From the human T2T-CHM13v2.0 reference genome, Homo sapiens: a DNA stretch of 64,000 bases. Location: assembly GCF_009914755.1 (NCBI RefSeq), contig NC_060933.1. The stretch is one strand, 5' to 3'. Below the pieces are notes generated by a model. That model made no database searches. It was not told where the DNA came from and saw only the letters and a list, made by a program, of their open reading frames with translations. Position numbers and translations under genes: made by a program. Below are positions 25,911 through 39,290 of this stretch, piece by piece. Every line of letters begins with the position of its first letter. Within the stretch, counting starts at the first letter, position 1.

Positions 25911-27570
25911 CTTTAGAGAATTCAGTTGGATAGCAAGTTTGCTTGATTTTAACCTTCACAACTTAACGAGGGCTTTATCCATCAGTACTTTTGTCAAATT
26001 AGAGTGGTTGCAGGAGGATCTTATTCCAGTAAACCAATCTGCCTGTTTCTATATGAGTATTTGCCCTTTTGAGGAAAACTCAGTCCTCCTAAAGACCAAA
26101 GTGGTTATTTATAGTGATTTCTCTTCATCCTACTAAGTATAAAGAGCATGATTTATTTTGATACCTCTCACCTACAACCATGTTGTCAAACAAAATTGTC
26201 CCTGTTCTATAACATAATTATGTCATTACTTTTCACATAGAACTATAACATCTTTCTGGGATGCAAGAGACCTTCAGAACAAGAGAGTCGATGTGGATGG
26301 TCGATGTGGATGTAGTTCATAACATAAATTAGTAAAATGGGTGATGATAGAGTAGATTGTTGATATTCTTTAACTCTTTGCCCATGTTTAAACTTCTGCA
26401 TTTTACTTCCAAGGTCCAAATAAATCCAAATATTTTACCACATTTAATATACCAACGTCAAACTTTTTAAATCTGGCAGTATATAATTAAGAAAATCTTT
26501 CTACTACTCTTGCCTCTCAATATGATGAGGTTTTTATATAATATCCCTTCTTGCTTGTATCTTGCTTCTTACAGACTCCTTTTATTGCCTATCAACTTTG
26601 ATATTTCCCATGAGTATTTTTCTCCTCCTCCAAAGCTCAAATAACAGTAAACATTAAAGATAATTGTTGCTCCTGACACCACTTACTAATTCAGAGCAAA
26701 TACCCAGTTGTACTTGTTAAAATTCAGGTTTCCAAACAAAAACTCCAAAGGAGTTTCAGAATTCTTTATTAAATTTAAAACACTTACATTTTTCTCTCGG
26801 GATGGGTGCTGTAATTTTGGGCTAAATATCCAGTCTCCCTACACTTGAATCCCAAATATTCAAATTATTAAATTATAGAAACACAAAGCTATATATGGCT
26901 TTTATCAGTTATTTATTTAGCTCCAACTGAGAGAGATTTATCTTAAATTACCATGAGCTCTGCTCCTTAATATAAGGAATAAAACTAACTTCAATAGAGT
27001 TTGGTACAGTACCTAGCATAAAATAGATATACAGTATATATACAAGTTATTTTTTCAAATGAGCAAAAGTAATTGCAGTGAATAATTATGTAGTGCTGTT
27101 TTAACTTTCCAAAGCATTTTTCCATTTTTATACTTCACTGTCTCAGACATACGAAGATACGTGTTCTCAAAGGCTATGCCTGCCTGACCTTTGACCCTTT
27201 GTCAAAGCCTCAAAGGGTTGTTTCATTAGGCACAGTTTGGTGAATATTAGGAGTTACAATTTCAGATGTCCAGCTAAGGAGGCGGCTCAGATTTGTTCAT
27301 TATCTAAGCAAGAGAAGGAATTGAACCTTCTCAAAAATGTCTGGGATCACAGAGCTACCAAATACCCCAAAGTAACAACTACTGTCCCAGGAAAGCTAAA
27401 TAAAGCTATAAATGTACTAATGCAATCAATGGCAAGTTAGCAAGTAATCTGAGATGGGTAGTGCAAGACACAAGTCACCCAAAGAACCACAAGGTGCCTG
27501 TGTCACCTCAGGATACCAAGCATCAGAAAAAGAGATGGGATTACCTAGCCATAATTCCACATTTCCCTTT

Positions 27571-27713
27571 AAAAAAATTTATATATATATATTTGTAGAG
27601 ATGGAGTCTCATCTTGTTGCCCAGGCTGGTCTTGAACTCCCAGGCCCAAGAGATCCTCCCACCTCAGCCTTCCAAAGTGCTGGGATTACAGGTGTGAGCC
27701 ATCACACCCAGCC
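27571..27713 (-). mobile_element. FLAM (free left Alu monomer)
   Basis: Single monomer with gttgcccaggctggtcttgaactcc; degenerate TSD. Confidence 0.85.
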
Positions 27714-28019
27714 ACACTTCCTTTTCTTAGAGAAGAATCTACCACCCCACAGCCCTGGAATGCTCAGCCCTATAAATAAAGACATCTTGCCTCACTGGCC
27801 ATAGTCAATTGGTCTAGAGCTGCATGTCTGACTCAAAAAAGATTGTTCACATTCATTCAGGTCTGAGGAAATAGGTTACTGAGTATAGTCACCTTTTGTT
27901 TTTGTTTTTGTTTTTTTTTTGAAGTTTTGTTTTCTGTGTTTTTGTTTTTGTTTTTGTTTTTTGACTGCCAGGAATCTAAACCTTGTTGAGTTTGAGAAAT
28001 TTCCTACCTCATGAGACCT

Positions 28020-28490
28020 AGTGGGAAGCATATCCCTCTTTCCACAGTGGAACCCGAATTGCCCAATAATTGCTTTCCCAGCCTCCCTTGCAGCCAAGGA
28101 ACTGGCACATGACCTAGGCTTGATCAATCAGAAATATCTGCCCCGAACTTTGGATTGGAACCTAGTGATGCACAGTGTGGGAATGCTAGAGAATTGTGTT
28201 TCAAGAGCACTGAAGAGGACAGCAGTGGAAGCAGCAATAGCAGAGCCCAGTGCCTTCAGTGTCAAAGGTGCAAACTGTGGGTGCCTGACAATCAACAGAC
28301 GGGGAGTCTTCCCAGGACATGACCCTGGCTGTCCTTCCGGTTGAGAAGTCTCCCTTGTTTCCTGCCTATTTTCCAAGCCTTCTCAACAATTCTAGGAGCT
28401 TTCCAATATCGCCTAGTAAGTTCCTCTTTTACTTAAATTAGCCATGATAGTTTCTGTTGCCTGCAACTAAGAAGAGTAACTGAGACACAG
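28020..28490 (+). mobile_element. Old ERVL/MaLR LTR (LTR16-like)
   Basis: ttcccagcctcccttgcagc..; 3' end gtttctgttgcctgcaac..ctgagaca. Confidence 0.55.
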
Positions 28491-29117
28491 AGTCTAAGTC
28501 AGTTGGCTGCCAGCACCAGACCATAAAATAGGAAATGTGGGAGCCGAAGCTGTCATTTGAAAATGACCACAACAGGCCATGCAAATAATAGAAGACAATC
28601 TACAGGTGCTCCAAGAAAAGCAGACACCAAAGACAATGAGATGCTGGAAAGAAAAAGTAAGAGAGCGTTCGCACCCTCCCTTAGTATCCCCAAGTCTCAG
28701 TCCCACAAGAACAAGCCATACTTCATTTCTTACCTGTGGATTGCCTTAAAATTACCTGTTGTATCCTTAAAATAAATCTCTCATTTTATAAAATTTAATT
28801 CATTTTTTAAAAGACTTGTATTCCTTGCAACCAAGTATGTCCTGATTAAGTCAGCCACAGAAACAGAAAACCATAGTTATCTGCGAATACACAAAACATC
28901 ATGATTAGGACACAGAGGGATTTAGAGTGCAAATCACGAGAGGACCCTCTCTACCCTCCTTCTCATTTGGTGATGACTCTACTTTCAGTTCATGGGTGCT
29001 AGAAACATGTGCATCTACTACTGTATTGAAACTTATTAATTAGTAAGTTATTTCTACTACTAAGTACATACAAAAATCATTAGGTCATATCTATACATCA
29101 CCCAATATAACCACTAC

Positions 29118-29945
29118 TGTGATCTGGTTTTCACTCCAAACACCACTTCTGACATCAAATGTGTGGGAGTTTTTTCCCACGCCAACCAGTTGTCCAACCT
29201 TGAAACACCAACTGGGTGTCCTACAATTCAATTCAATTATGATACTAACTACCTGGAGTTAGCACAAGTCTGCCCCAACTTCAGAAGACAATCACAAGAC
29301 TGAACCACCTGTACTTCTGACCAATGAGCTATAAGTCACGGGTTCTCATGATCCCCTCCTCAGGTTTAGTAATTTGCTAGAACGGTTCACAGAAGTCAGG
29401 GAAGCATTTTACTTGCATATACCAGATTTTTAAATAAAAGATACAGCTCAGGAACAGCCAAATGAAAGAAATGCATCGAGCAAGTTATGGGGGAAGAGTG
29501 TGCCAAGCTTCCCACCCTGTCTGGGTGTGCCACTTGCCCAGCACCTTGGTGTGTTTGCCAACCCAGAAGCTCTTCAAACCCCATTGGTGAGAGGTTTTCT
29601 GGAAGCTCTATTATATTGATCAAATCACTGATCACTGATCATTAACTCATTCTCTATCCCCTCTCCCCTTCCTGGAGGTTGAGTTGGGGCAACAGCACTG
29701 AAAATTCCAACCCTTAATTACATGGTTGATTCCTCTGGCTACCAGCTCCCATCCTTAAAACCTAAGGGCCCACCAAGAGTCACCTCCTTAGCATAAACTC
29801 AGGTATGGTTGAAAGGGGCTTGCTATGAATAACACAAAAGTGCTTCTATCACTCAGAAAATTCCAAGGGTTTTAGGAACTCTGTGCCAGAAACCAGGAAC
29901 AAATACCAAATACAAATTTTTTTTTGTTATATCACAAAATCACAA
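29118..29945. mobile_element. MER21-family LTR
   Basis: acaccaactgggtgtcctacaattcaattcaatt..actacctggagttag..ctcagaaaattccaagggttttagga. Confidence 0.8.
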
Positions 29946-32248
29946 TAATAGAGAAAGATTTAGCTAAAACGTTAACTCTGAGTTGAAGGCTAAGAAGGCT
30001 CCCTGGAACATAAAAGCAATTATAATACCATGTAAGAACCATCTGTCAAGATAGACTCTGCATTACAGAGAAGATGGTGGTGAGGTCTGCTGACAGTTGG
30101 AGCCTCAGATCCACTCTGGGAGGAGCGGTGGACAGCTGGCTTCTATGGCCCAGGCTTCTGGCCATTTTTTCACACTCATGACTACATCATGTCTGCTCCC
30201 AAATGTGGACAAAGAGCTCTGAGCAAGCTACCCCAAAGTGGGCTGACAAGTGGTGCCGGGAACCCTACAAGGCCAGCACCACAGTCCACTCATGGCCCGT
30301 GAACCCAAAAAGTTCTCAGGTTTGTCTTGTCCCAGGAAGCATGTCAGAAACCAAAGACAGATCATCTGCTCTTCCCTTCTGTCCTCTGAGCCCTTCTGTC
30401 ACCTTTTGTTCTTTTCATTTTCCAGGTTAGCCAAGATGGAAAACAATGAAAACCCTTTAGAGAAGCCACTTTGCCTCTGCTTTTGCTCTTAAAGTGTTCC
30501 TGAGTAACCTTTCGGCAAGGCTGCTTCTTATCAAAGGAAGCTAAGGAAAGATAGTTTTGAAGATGAAGAAAGCCACAAACCTCTGTAAGCCAGTTTTAAA
30601 AAAAAAATCTGTAAAATACTTCCAATATGAAAATTCTAAGAATCCAAGATTTTCCACTGAAACGAGAAAATCCCATAAGGTCTCAAAATACAAAAATAGC
30701 CCTATTTTACCTCAATGATTTGTTGCAGGAATCAAGTGAATAAATGTGAGAGCGGTTTGAAAGGTGTACAGTACTAAATAGTGACCAAAAAAATACTAAA
30801 AAGTCATCATGGGGTAGTGCTCATACTAGTAGACACAGTTATAGCCATTGAAATTAGCAAATTATCAGGATCCAGAACCTGATCTTAGAAGATCATAGTC
30901 AAATGAATCCATGTATGGGATGCACTTAGAACAGTGCTCCATGGTAAGCACTTTCTAAATATTCGCTATTTTATTATGACGATTACTGGGAATAACAGTG
31001 GGGGTGCTGGTGAAGATAGTGGTAGTATATTATATATTGATACCTTTATTCTTATCATTTTTTTCAGTAATGGGATGGGGTCTTTGACTTTATTGCACCA
31101 TGTAACTTTCTTATCATAGAGACTTAAGTGTTTGGGAATTATCAATCCCTTATGCTGTGATTACATTTACCAGTATTTTACACCCAAGGAGGCACTGTCT
31201 CACTACCACCCAGAGACCCCAAATTCAACATAGCTGCTGCCAACAGACCAGTGATTACTGTCGCATTTGGTTATGACCCCTTCTCAAAGCCTACTTTTGC
31301 ACCAGCTCCTCCTAAAATCCCCAAAGCCATGCATTTCTTTTTAATTAAAATGAAAGATAAGTTTGTTTGGAGAATTTCACAGCAGCCCTAAGGCATCATA
31401 AAACCCAACTGGAAGAATCACTGCCTAATAGCTAAATAGTCTTGAAGACAGCCAGAAACCTTTCTTACGTCTTTCTAGAGTGTCTCAAGACATAGTTAAA
31501 ATACATAACAGCTGATCAATTTTATGCACTATCATAGCCATAAAACCAACCTATATCACAACCTGCTACAGCAAAAGGTCACTTCATGGGTGGCCCAGGG
31601 CCCGGCCATTAAAATGAGCCTTCAAGTTAGTTTTACCCATTGGCAATACTAGCATTCAACTGTCACCCTCTCCTTACATTACCATGCTGTGATTATTCCC
31701 AGCAGTGGAGCTGGGCCTCCATGGTAACGCTCTTCAGGGAGCTGGGGAAGCTCTTTAATTATTAAAATGAATAATTCTTACCAACACACTTAATTGGGAA
31801 ATATTACATGTTAAAGGGGCACTAATGGAACAGCTCTGAGAACCAAGCAGTGTGATAGAGTATGCTTTTTGATGTGAATTTTAGCAATAGTCTCCTCATC
31901 CCATCACATCATGCATTATTTAGTTGTTTCTTAAAAAAATCTATCATTTCATTTCTAAGTGGAGATGGAATTATTGAACCCGCAAAAGCAAAGCTTTGAA
32001 TTACTCCCATGCATTTGAACCATAACCAGCCCACAAAAAAAAAAAAAAAAAAAAACAAATACAGTGAATCGTCATATTATCTCTGACTGCTAGGAAGTCA
32101 ACCAAAAAAGACCCTGAATATTAACATCAACCAGTTAACACAGAGAGTTGAGTTAGCTTTACGGAGGGGTAGCTGCAGTATTCTCTCTAACAGAAACAAA
32201 AATTTGTATATTGAAAGCATTTGTCTAACTTCACCCATGAAAATTCTT

Positions 32249-32556
32249 TTTTTTTTTTTTTTTTTTTTTTTTTGGAGACAGAGTCTCACTTTGTCACCCA
32301 GGCTGGAGTTCAGTGGCGCAATCTTGGCTCACTGCAACTCTGCCTCCTGGGTTCACACCATTCTCCTGCCTCAGCCTCACGAGTAGCTGGGACTACAGGT
32401 GCCCGCCACCATGCCTGGCTAAATTTTTTGTATTTTTTAGTAGAGACAGGGTTTCACCGTGTTAGCCAGGATGGTCTCGATCTCCTGACCTCGAGATCCG
32501 CCCGCCTCGGCCTCCCAAAGTGCTGGGATTACAGATGTGAGCCACCACGCCAGACC
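32249..32556 (-). mobile_element. AluY
   Basis: Long poly-T, cacaccattctc, ccgtgttagccaggatggtctcgatc; TSD aaaattctt. Confidence 0.95.
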
Positions 32557-33783
32557 AAAAATTCTTAAACATACTTGCCATAAGTGTGTATTTCTCTGCG
32601 TTATGTTATGTATTCTCAGAGAAATAAGACTTATTCCAGAGACAGATAAAAGAACTCAATCTTTTCATGAACATGTCACCCACAAATATAAATAATTTAA
32701 GTGCTGTGGCATGGTTCTCTTAATGTTCTTCAAAAAGACAGTTTCTATCATTAAAGAAGAAAAAACATCCAAGGGCAGTGTTCTTATTCATGATTACAAA
32801 ATGAACTGATTTTACAAAATAAATTTCTATGACAGAGAAAATGATAGAAGCACAGGGCATAATAATACTGGAAAACTAAAGAATGAAAAGCAAACACTTT
32901 TAATACATTGACAAGAGCTTTTTGTGCATTCAGTTTAATCAACATAAGATTTCATAAGTATTGAGTGATCATTAACATCTCACATCCTGCCCACAGGAAA
33001 GATGATACCATACATCTTCTAAAAATTTCTCCAGTGGTCACTGGCACTCCACCCACAGGCTCTTTGAGCACCAGAAGGATCCCACAGGGAAACTGAAATT
33101 GCTTGCAGCATGTTAGTTTTTCCCTGACCTTGGCTGGTCCCCTGTCCACCAGTACAAATCCTCGGCATTGGCCAGGTCTGTGTTTCCCGGGATTCTTGAT
33201 CTTTGCCTTCACCCCTCACTCTCCCCCACCAGTTTGCCCCCATTGAATGTCGGTTTAGCAATTAAAAAGAATGACCAGTGTGCCCCTCAGATAATGCAAA
33301 TGTCAAATTACACTGCTATCTCCAAATTCCCTAGTTGGATTTCTAGATCCTCCAGCTTTCTGAATCACCCTCTTGTTTCACTGTATCTGTCAGGCTGCCT
33401 GGTCTCCAAATGCTGAGAGGAAAATCAAAGAGTCACTTGCCTGGAAAGGGGTAATTTCTATCAGTGACATTTCCATTAGGAAGTTTCCTACCGAGCTGCT
33501 CTCATCTTAATACCAAATACTCATATTAATGTCCCTCCCTAACTCAGGTCCCTACACTAATTTTTAAAATTAAAATTCGAATGATTTATAATGAACGACT
33601 GCTCACTGTCAGGCTGCAAAACCCATGACTCACGGGCACCCTTCTAGACTTCCATGTGCCTGATCTCTACTGTGTGTTTTATGTCAGACCTCTCACTGTT
33701 TGGGAGATATCCTATGATAAGCTTGCACAGTTTTTAGTTGTTTAACAGCGCATGCAACACAGAATACATGTAAACAAACAGAG

Positions 33784-34324
33784 CAGAGGTTTTCAAACCT
33801 GCTTTAGCAGCAGCTCTACTCTCAAGCGAAATTTTACAATAAACAAATATAAATACATTATTTATGATCATGTATTTACTAAACGTATGCGTTCATATAT
33901 GTAACAATTATATTAAGTCAGTTTGTTTTAATGAAAGAAAAAAATGCAGAAATCAGAGATTTACATGAAATTATGTAATAACCTTTGCGTCCAAGTTATT
34001 TGCATATTTTTTGTTTGTTTGCACAGATAACCTGTTTCTGACAGCTTGTCTGTATTCTCAAGCTATTCTTCAATTAGGCAGAAATGGCAGGGGTTTTATT
34101 CCAAGGCCTACAGAAAGTCAAGATAACCTGGCACAATAAATTGTCATATAAGTGGTCCTGAATGTGTTAAAATTTGGTACATAACACACTTGAGTTATTT
34201 CACATATCATGTTTTAATAGTTGAATATATTTGTACATGAAATCTAAATCACGCATTTAGGAATCACTAAAATACAACCATGAAACACTAAGGCTCTGTA
34301 GAACACAATTTGAAAACCCAACTG
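33784..34324. mobile_element. Non-autonomous hAT-Charlie fossil
   Basis: Imperfect TIRs cagaggttttcaaac / tttgaaaacccaactg. Confidence 0.5.
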
Positions 34325-34560
34325 ATGCAGATTCCATTGATGTTTAGGGAAATGTAAGCAGCTAAAGAGATAAGGAAAAAGTTGACTTGGAGAAAAGGCT
34401 GTGGCTGTTACCCTTGGTAACTTAATTCCCTGAGCACTTGGCTGTATCTATACTCCACCCTCCAGCACTGATTGCATTCTTCCATGCGTTGTAGGAAGGT
34501 AAGCATGTGGCTGTCCCCTGTAGGAGATCATATGCAACTCAAGACATTGTTGCATATCAT

Positions 34561-34945
34561 TGTTAGAGACTGAATTGTGTCTTCCCCAGCCCCACAAATT
34601 CATACATTGAAGCCCTAACCCCTATGTGACTCTAGAGACAGGGCCTTTAAGAAGGTAATGAATATTAAGTCTAGTCCAGTAGGACAGATGTCCTATAAGA
34701 AGAAGCAACAACAGAGAGCTCTCTCTCAACATGTGTGCCACAGAGAGATGGGCAATGAGAGGACAGAGCAAGGAGGTACGATCTGCGAGCTGAGGAGAAA
34801 GGCCTCGCCAGAAACCAAGCCTGCTGGCACCTTGACCTTGGACTTCCAGATTTCCAACCTCCAGAACTTTGAGAAAATACATTTCTGCCGTTTAAGTCAC
34901 CCAGTCTGTAGTAGCATGTGATGGCAGCCCAGGCAGACTAATACA
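34561..34945 (+). mobile_element. MLT1A-like solo LTR
   Basis: TG...CA ends with 5-bp TSD ATCAT on both sides. Confidence 0.9.
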
Positions 34946-35762
34946 ATCATAAAATGAATATTTCAGAAAACATTTTTAAAATGAACACCACAAAAGCAAT
35001 TTCTTTTTTTATCATTGTGAGGTCACCTGAATGTGATGCACTACAAAATGTTCAGCAGGATTACTTTGTAATGACTGTCATTATTCTTCTGTTTGAATAA
35101 AAGCAAAAGTTTTGGCAGTTAGGTTTGAAACGGGTGTCCATGGGTTTGATGTGATCTCAGCTCTATCTAACAGCCCCATAGATCATTGTACAGGGCTTTA
35201 CATACACTGTTAGACTGGTAACATGTTAAATTGAGGAAAGACATCTTTGATTTTTTTGAGACTAATCTACTTGGTTTTTATAGTTTCTTTTTCTCGATTT
35301 ATGTTTTTCCCGTATTTTACACTAGGGATAACAAAAGCACTACACAGGTATTGCCACTCCACCGTCAGTGACTGTGACAACCAGGAACAATTGATCCTGA
35401 CCCCTTCTCCCCTCTAGGTTTAAATATAGACTCAGAATCCTTTTTAACACAGTTCTTCAGGGGGCCACTCTCAATCATCAGTCATGTGAAAGGAAAATTA
35501 TTTACAAACCCTGTATTTTGTCTTTTTGTTCAAATGTGGCTTTAGATATCAACATTTGATAAAATTTAAACATTTAATTATGGGTATGTCATTTACTCAC
35601 TGGATGAGATGATTTTAGTCTGATCAGAGGTGCTCACTTAACTCCAAGTGCATCATTCATTCCCTGGAGTTGTGTGGTCCACAGATATGTGGCAGGCTTG
35701 CCCCTTATTATTCACATTTTCATTTTATTTATCAGTTTTAACTATTTTTAAACAAAATTCTT

Positions 35763-36055
35763 TTTTTTTTTTTTTTGAGATGTAGTCTCGCTCTGTCACC
35801 CAGGCTGGAGTGCAGTGGCACGATCTTGGCTCACTGCAACCTCCACTCCCAGGTTCAAGCGATTCTTCTGCCTCAGCCTCCCGAGTAGCTGGGACTACAG
35901 GCACACACCACCACACCCAGCTAATTTTTGTATTTTTAGTAGAGATGGGAGTTTCACCATATTGGCCAGGCTGGTCTCAAACTCCTTACCTCGTGATCCG
36001 CCCGCCTCAGCCTCCCAAAGTGCTGGGATTACAGGCATGAGCCACTGCGCCAGGC
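35763..36055 (-). mobile_element. AluSg-like
   Basis: Full Alu with cctcgtgatcc; TSD taaacaaaattctt. Confidence 0.95.
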
Positions 36056-36949
36056 TAAACAAAATTCTTAAATAGGAGATCATATCCAGTAATGTTAACT
36101 TCTTGCTTATAAAAACAACTAATTTGTTTTTAAATATCTTAAATGCCTTTAGTAATTTTTGAATAAACAAAATTTTTTACTATTATTAACTATTATTAAA
36201 AAGAACTTAAGATGAGACCTTCAGTTTGGAATGGCAGCCCCAGTGCGGACCCTCCAAGTTTTTCAACAAAATATCATTGTAAGCGGAAAAGATAAAAACA
36301 TACTACATTTCCAAAATCTAAGGCAGATATAACACACTGCCAAGCCTGGACTATTTTTGCTTTATCATTGTAATTAATAAAAGAGATTAAAAATCACATT
36401 GATATCTAGAAACAGAGAAAATCTTGGAGGCCAAGAAGCTAGAACCAAACACCTCAACTTGCCCCCCAACAGCGACACTAAAAGGGACATAAATGGCACT
36501 CAAGTGGACAGAATGGAGCCAAGGCCATCTGCATTTTCTCTTTCTTCAAGTATAACTAAGTAGGGACAGACACTATGAAGTCTGGTCCTTTTGAAATATA
36601 TTTTTTCTTCATGCAATCCTTTGAGAATGGTAACATTTTTTCTGTGGATGGTACCATGGATTATTTTTCAAAGTTCTGCTCTTCCTCTGAGTCTGCCAGA
36701 TATACTTGCCTCCCCCTTATACTGCAGGCTTCTTCCTTAACCTTAGGTAGGCTAATTTTCATTACTCACCCTCAATCCATGGATGATTTGCCTAGGCTCA
36801 GCAGCACTTGCCAATGGACAAGCTGTGTAAATGACCGGTGGTCCTGCTTTCCGTCCACTCATGCCTGGCCCCAGTCCAGATGCCGCATTCATCCTGGCAA
36901 GTAGAAGGGAGCAACATTTTGACATTAACTGTTCTGGGCTTTTTAGAAA

Positions 36950-37095
36950 TTATTTATTTTTATTGTGTTCTATGTATTTAAGGTATACAACATGTTTTGA
37001 TATACATATACATAGTGGAATGATTACTGCAGTCAAGCAAATTTATATCCATCTCCTCACAGTTACCTTTTTATTTTCTTTTTCTTTGTGAGTGG

Positions 37096-37131
<36 letters not shown>

Positions 37132-37170
37132 ACGCACATGTGCATGTACTGAGAACACCTAAAATCTTTT
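36950..37170 (-). mobile_element. L1MA/MB 3' end, containing (TG)n at 37098-37130
   Basis: tatttaaggtatacaacatg..atgattact..agtcaagc..cctcacagttacc..gagaacacctaaaatct. Confidence 0.8.
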
Positions 37171-37399
37171 CTAACTGCAACCTCTGCCTCCCAGGTTCAA
37201 GCAATTCTCCTGCCTCAGCCGCCCAAGTAGCTGGGACTACAGGCGCCTGCCACCATGCCTGGCTAATTTTTGTATTTTTAGTAGAGACCGGGTTTCACCA
37301 TGTTGGCCAGGCTGGTCTGGAACGCCTGACCTCTGGTGATCCACCCTCCTCGGCCTCCCAAAGTGCTGGGATTACAGGTGTGAGCCACCGCACCTGGCC
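37171..37399 (-). mobile_element. AluS lacking its 3' end and tail
   Basis: Begins abruptly at ctaactgcaacctctgcc; no poly-T, no TSD. Confidence 0.9.
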
Positions 37400-37596
37400 A
37401 GAGCCAGTCCCTTTTAAGGACTCATCTGAGTAGGTCATATCCACCTAGAATATATTTCCCTTTCTTGAAGTCAACTGTGCCATACAACATAACCTTGTCA
37501 TGGAATGATGTCTCATCATATTCACCTACTCACAAAGAGAGGAGATTATACAAGCACAAGGGTCACTGTGGTCAACTTAGAATTCTACCTACCACA
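37400..37596 (-). mobile_element. MLT1-type LTR, 5' portion only
   Basis: cttttaaggactcat..aagtcaactg..cttagaattctacctaccaca. Confidence 0.7.
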
Positions 37597-37704
37597 CCTC
37601 CTTTCTCCAAGTGTATCAAAAGTCACAAAGAGATGCCTGATGAGGGCAAGGCCCCAGACCTCATCAGACACATCCAGACTGTCTCACTTGAGGTTCTTCA
37701 GTAT

Positions 37705-37960
37705 TAATCAATATTTTTATATGTTCATGCATTCTTTCTCATGGAAAAAATTATTTACAGAAGTTGTATTGCAAGCCTGGCACTGTGTTAAGTGCTGGAG
37801 ACACACGATGACAAGAGGTATGACCCTTGCCCTTGTTCAGTGGTGCAAAGTTAATCAAATAAACATATTATGTAAAATTATATCTTTGATTAGTACAAAG
37901 GATATGAGGTACATGGTGATATAAGATCCTATAAGGGGAATATTTGACTTTATCAGAATA
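37705..37960 (-). mobile_element. L2 3' fragment
   Basis: cctggcactgtgttaagtgctggagac..cttgccctt. Confidence 0.55.
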
Positions 37961-39059
37961 AAAGAACAGAAGCAGAGGCTGCTGACTGCCCACCAAAACC
38001 CATTCTCAACTTCCATTAGAGAAGAAGGCACAGGGCTGCCCATCTGCACTGCGCTTCCCAACTTCTTTTGACTTTGGGAGTGGCTATGTAAAGAAATCCC
38101 CTCCAATGAATAGAAGTCAATAGTGCCACTTCCAGGCCTGGGCCATTAAACTCATTGTCACTCCTATGAGTGACAAAGGCATTGCCCACAGCAACCACGA
38201 GTCACATGTTAAGGATGGCAGAGCTTCAGTCAACTTAAGTCCTTCAATGACTCTATGGAGCAGAATCCTCAGCCACCGCCAGACTACCAGTGCTCTCACC
38301 ACCAAAACCACTCTGGACTGTGATGTGAGAAGGAATGAAACTCCTTTTTCATTTAAGACATTACTTTTTAGGTCTGTTTCAGCAATTTAGGCTTCCCCAA
38401 GTAACACAGAACTACATGCTGGCAGGCAAAAAAAAAAAAAAAAAAAGCTTTCTTATATTATGTTTATGTAATGTGTCTCTGAAAGACTTTCACATCTACT
38501 GGGAGATGGAATTCTCTCAATAACCCCGTGAGACAGATAGCAGGCCATCTATTATAGGACCCATGCGCCCATGCAGATGAGGCTCAGAAGAATTCAGTGA
38601 CTCAGGGAGGGCCCTACAGCTCAGTAGTCATTCTGGAATCTCCATCACTGACTCACCATTTGGATTTACACAGGTCACCTCTCTCTTTCATCATTGATAG
38701 GATATGGTCATCCCTGTCTTTCTACCTAAGAGAGAAAAATTCTATGGGGGCTGGTCTGTGAATCCCTTAGTAAAAATGACACAGATGTGATATTCAGTTC
38801 CATAAGTTACACAGGTAGGAGAGATTTAGCTATATTATTTGGCAATGCCTTCTTAATTGTTTACTCTTCAATATCTTAGCTCCATTGGAAACAGACTGAT
38901 AGGCAAAACCAAACATAGGCTGCTAAGCTACTATTGGTCTTAGATCTCTTAAATTGTAACATCTGATGTAATATCATTTTTGATCTCATTCTTGATGTAG
39001 TTCTTTTGACTCTGTTTACTTACCTGTGTATGTTATCAGAAAATGTACCATTTCAAAAT

Positions 39060-39290
39060 TTTTTATTCACTCATGTGTTCACCAAAAGTTATGAGCATTT
39101 ACTCTGTTTAAAGTCATTGTGCTAGACCCTGGGTATCCAGTAGTAAACAATGTGGGCATAGTCCCTGCCCTCAAGAAGATTATAGTCTGATCAGAAAAGC
39201 GGACAATAAACAAGAAAATATGCAATCTTATTTAATTACAAATAGTGATTGATGGAAAGAAAGAATGAAGAAATGAAGATGATGAGAACT
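39060..39290 (-). mobile_element. L2 3' fragment
   Basis: ttcactcat..tgagcatttact..tgtgctag..gtccctgccctcaagaag. Confidence 0.65.

Noticed and set aside
26287-26312. 13-bp tandem duplication gtcgatgtggatg (also an 18-bp-period one at 18186-18220)
   Set aside because: Ordinary microduplications
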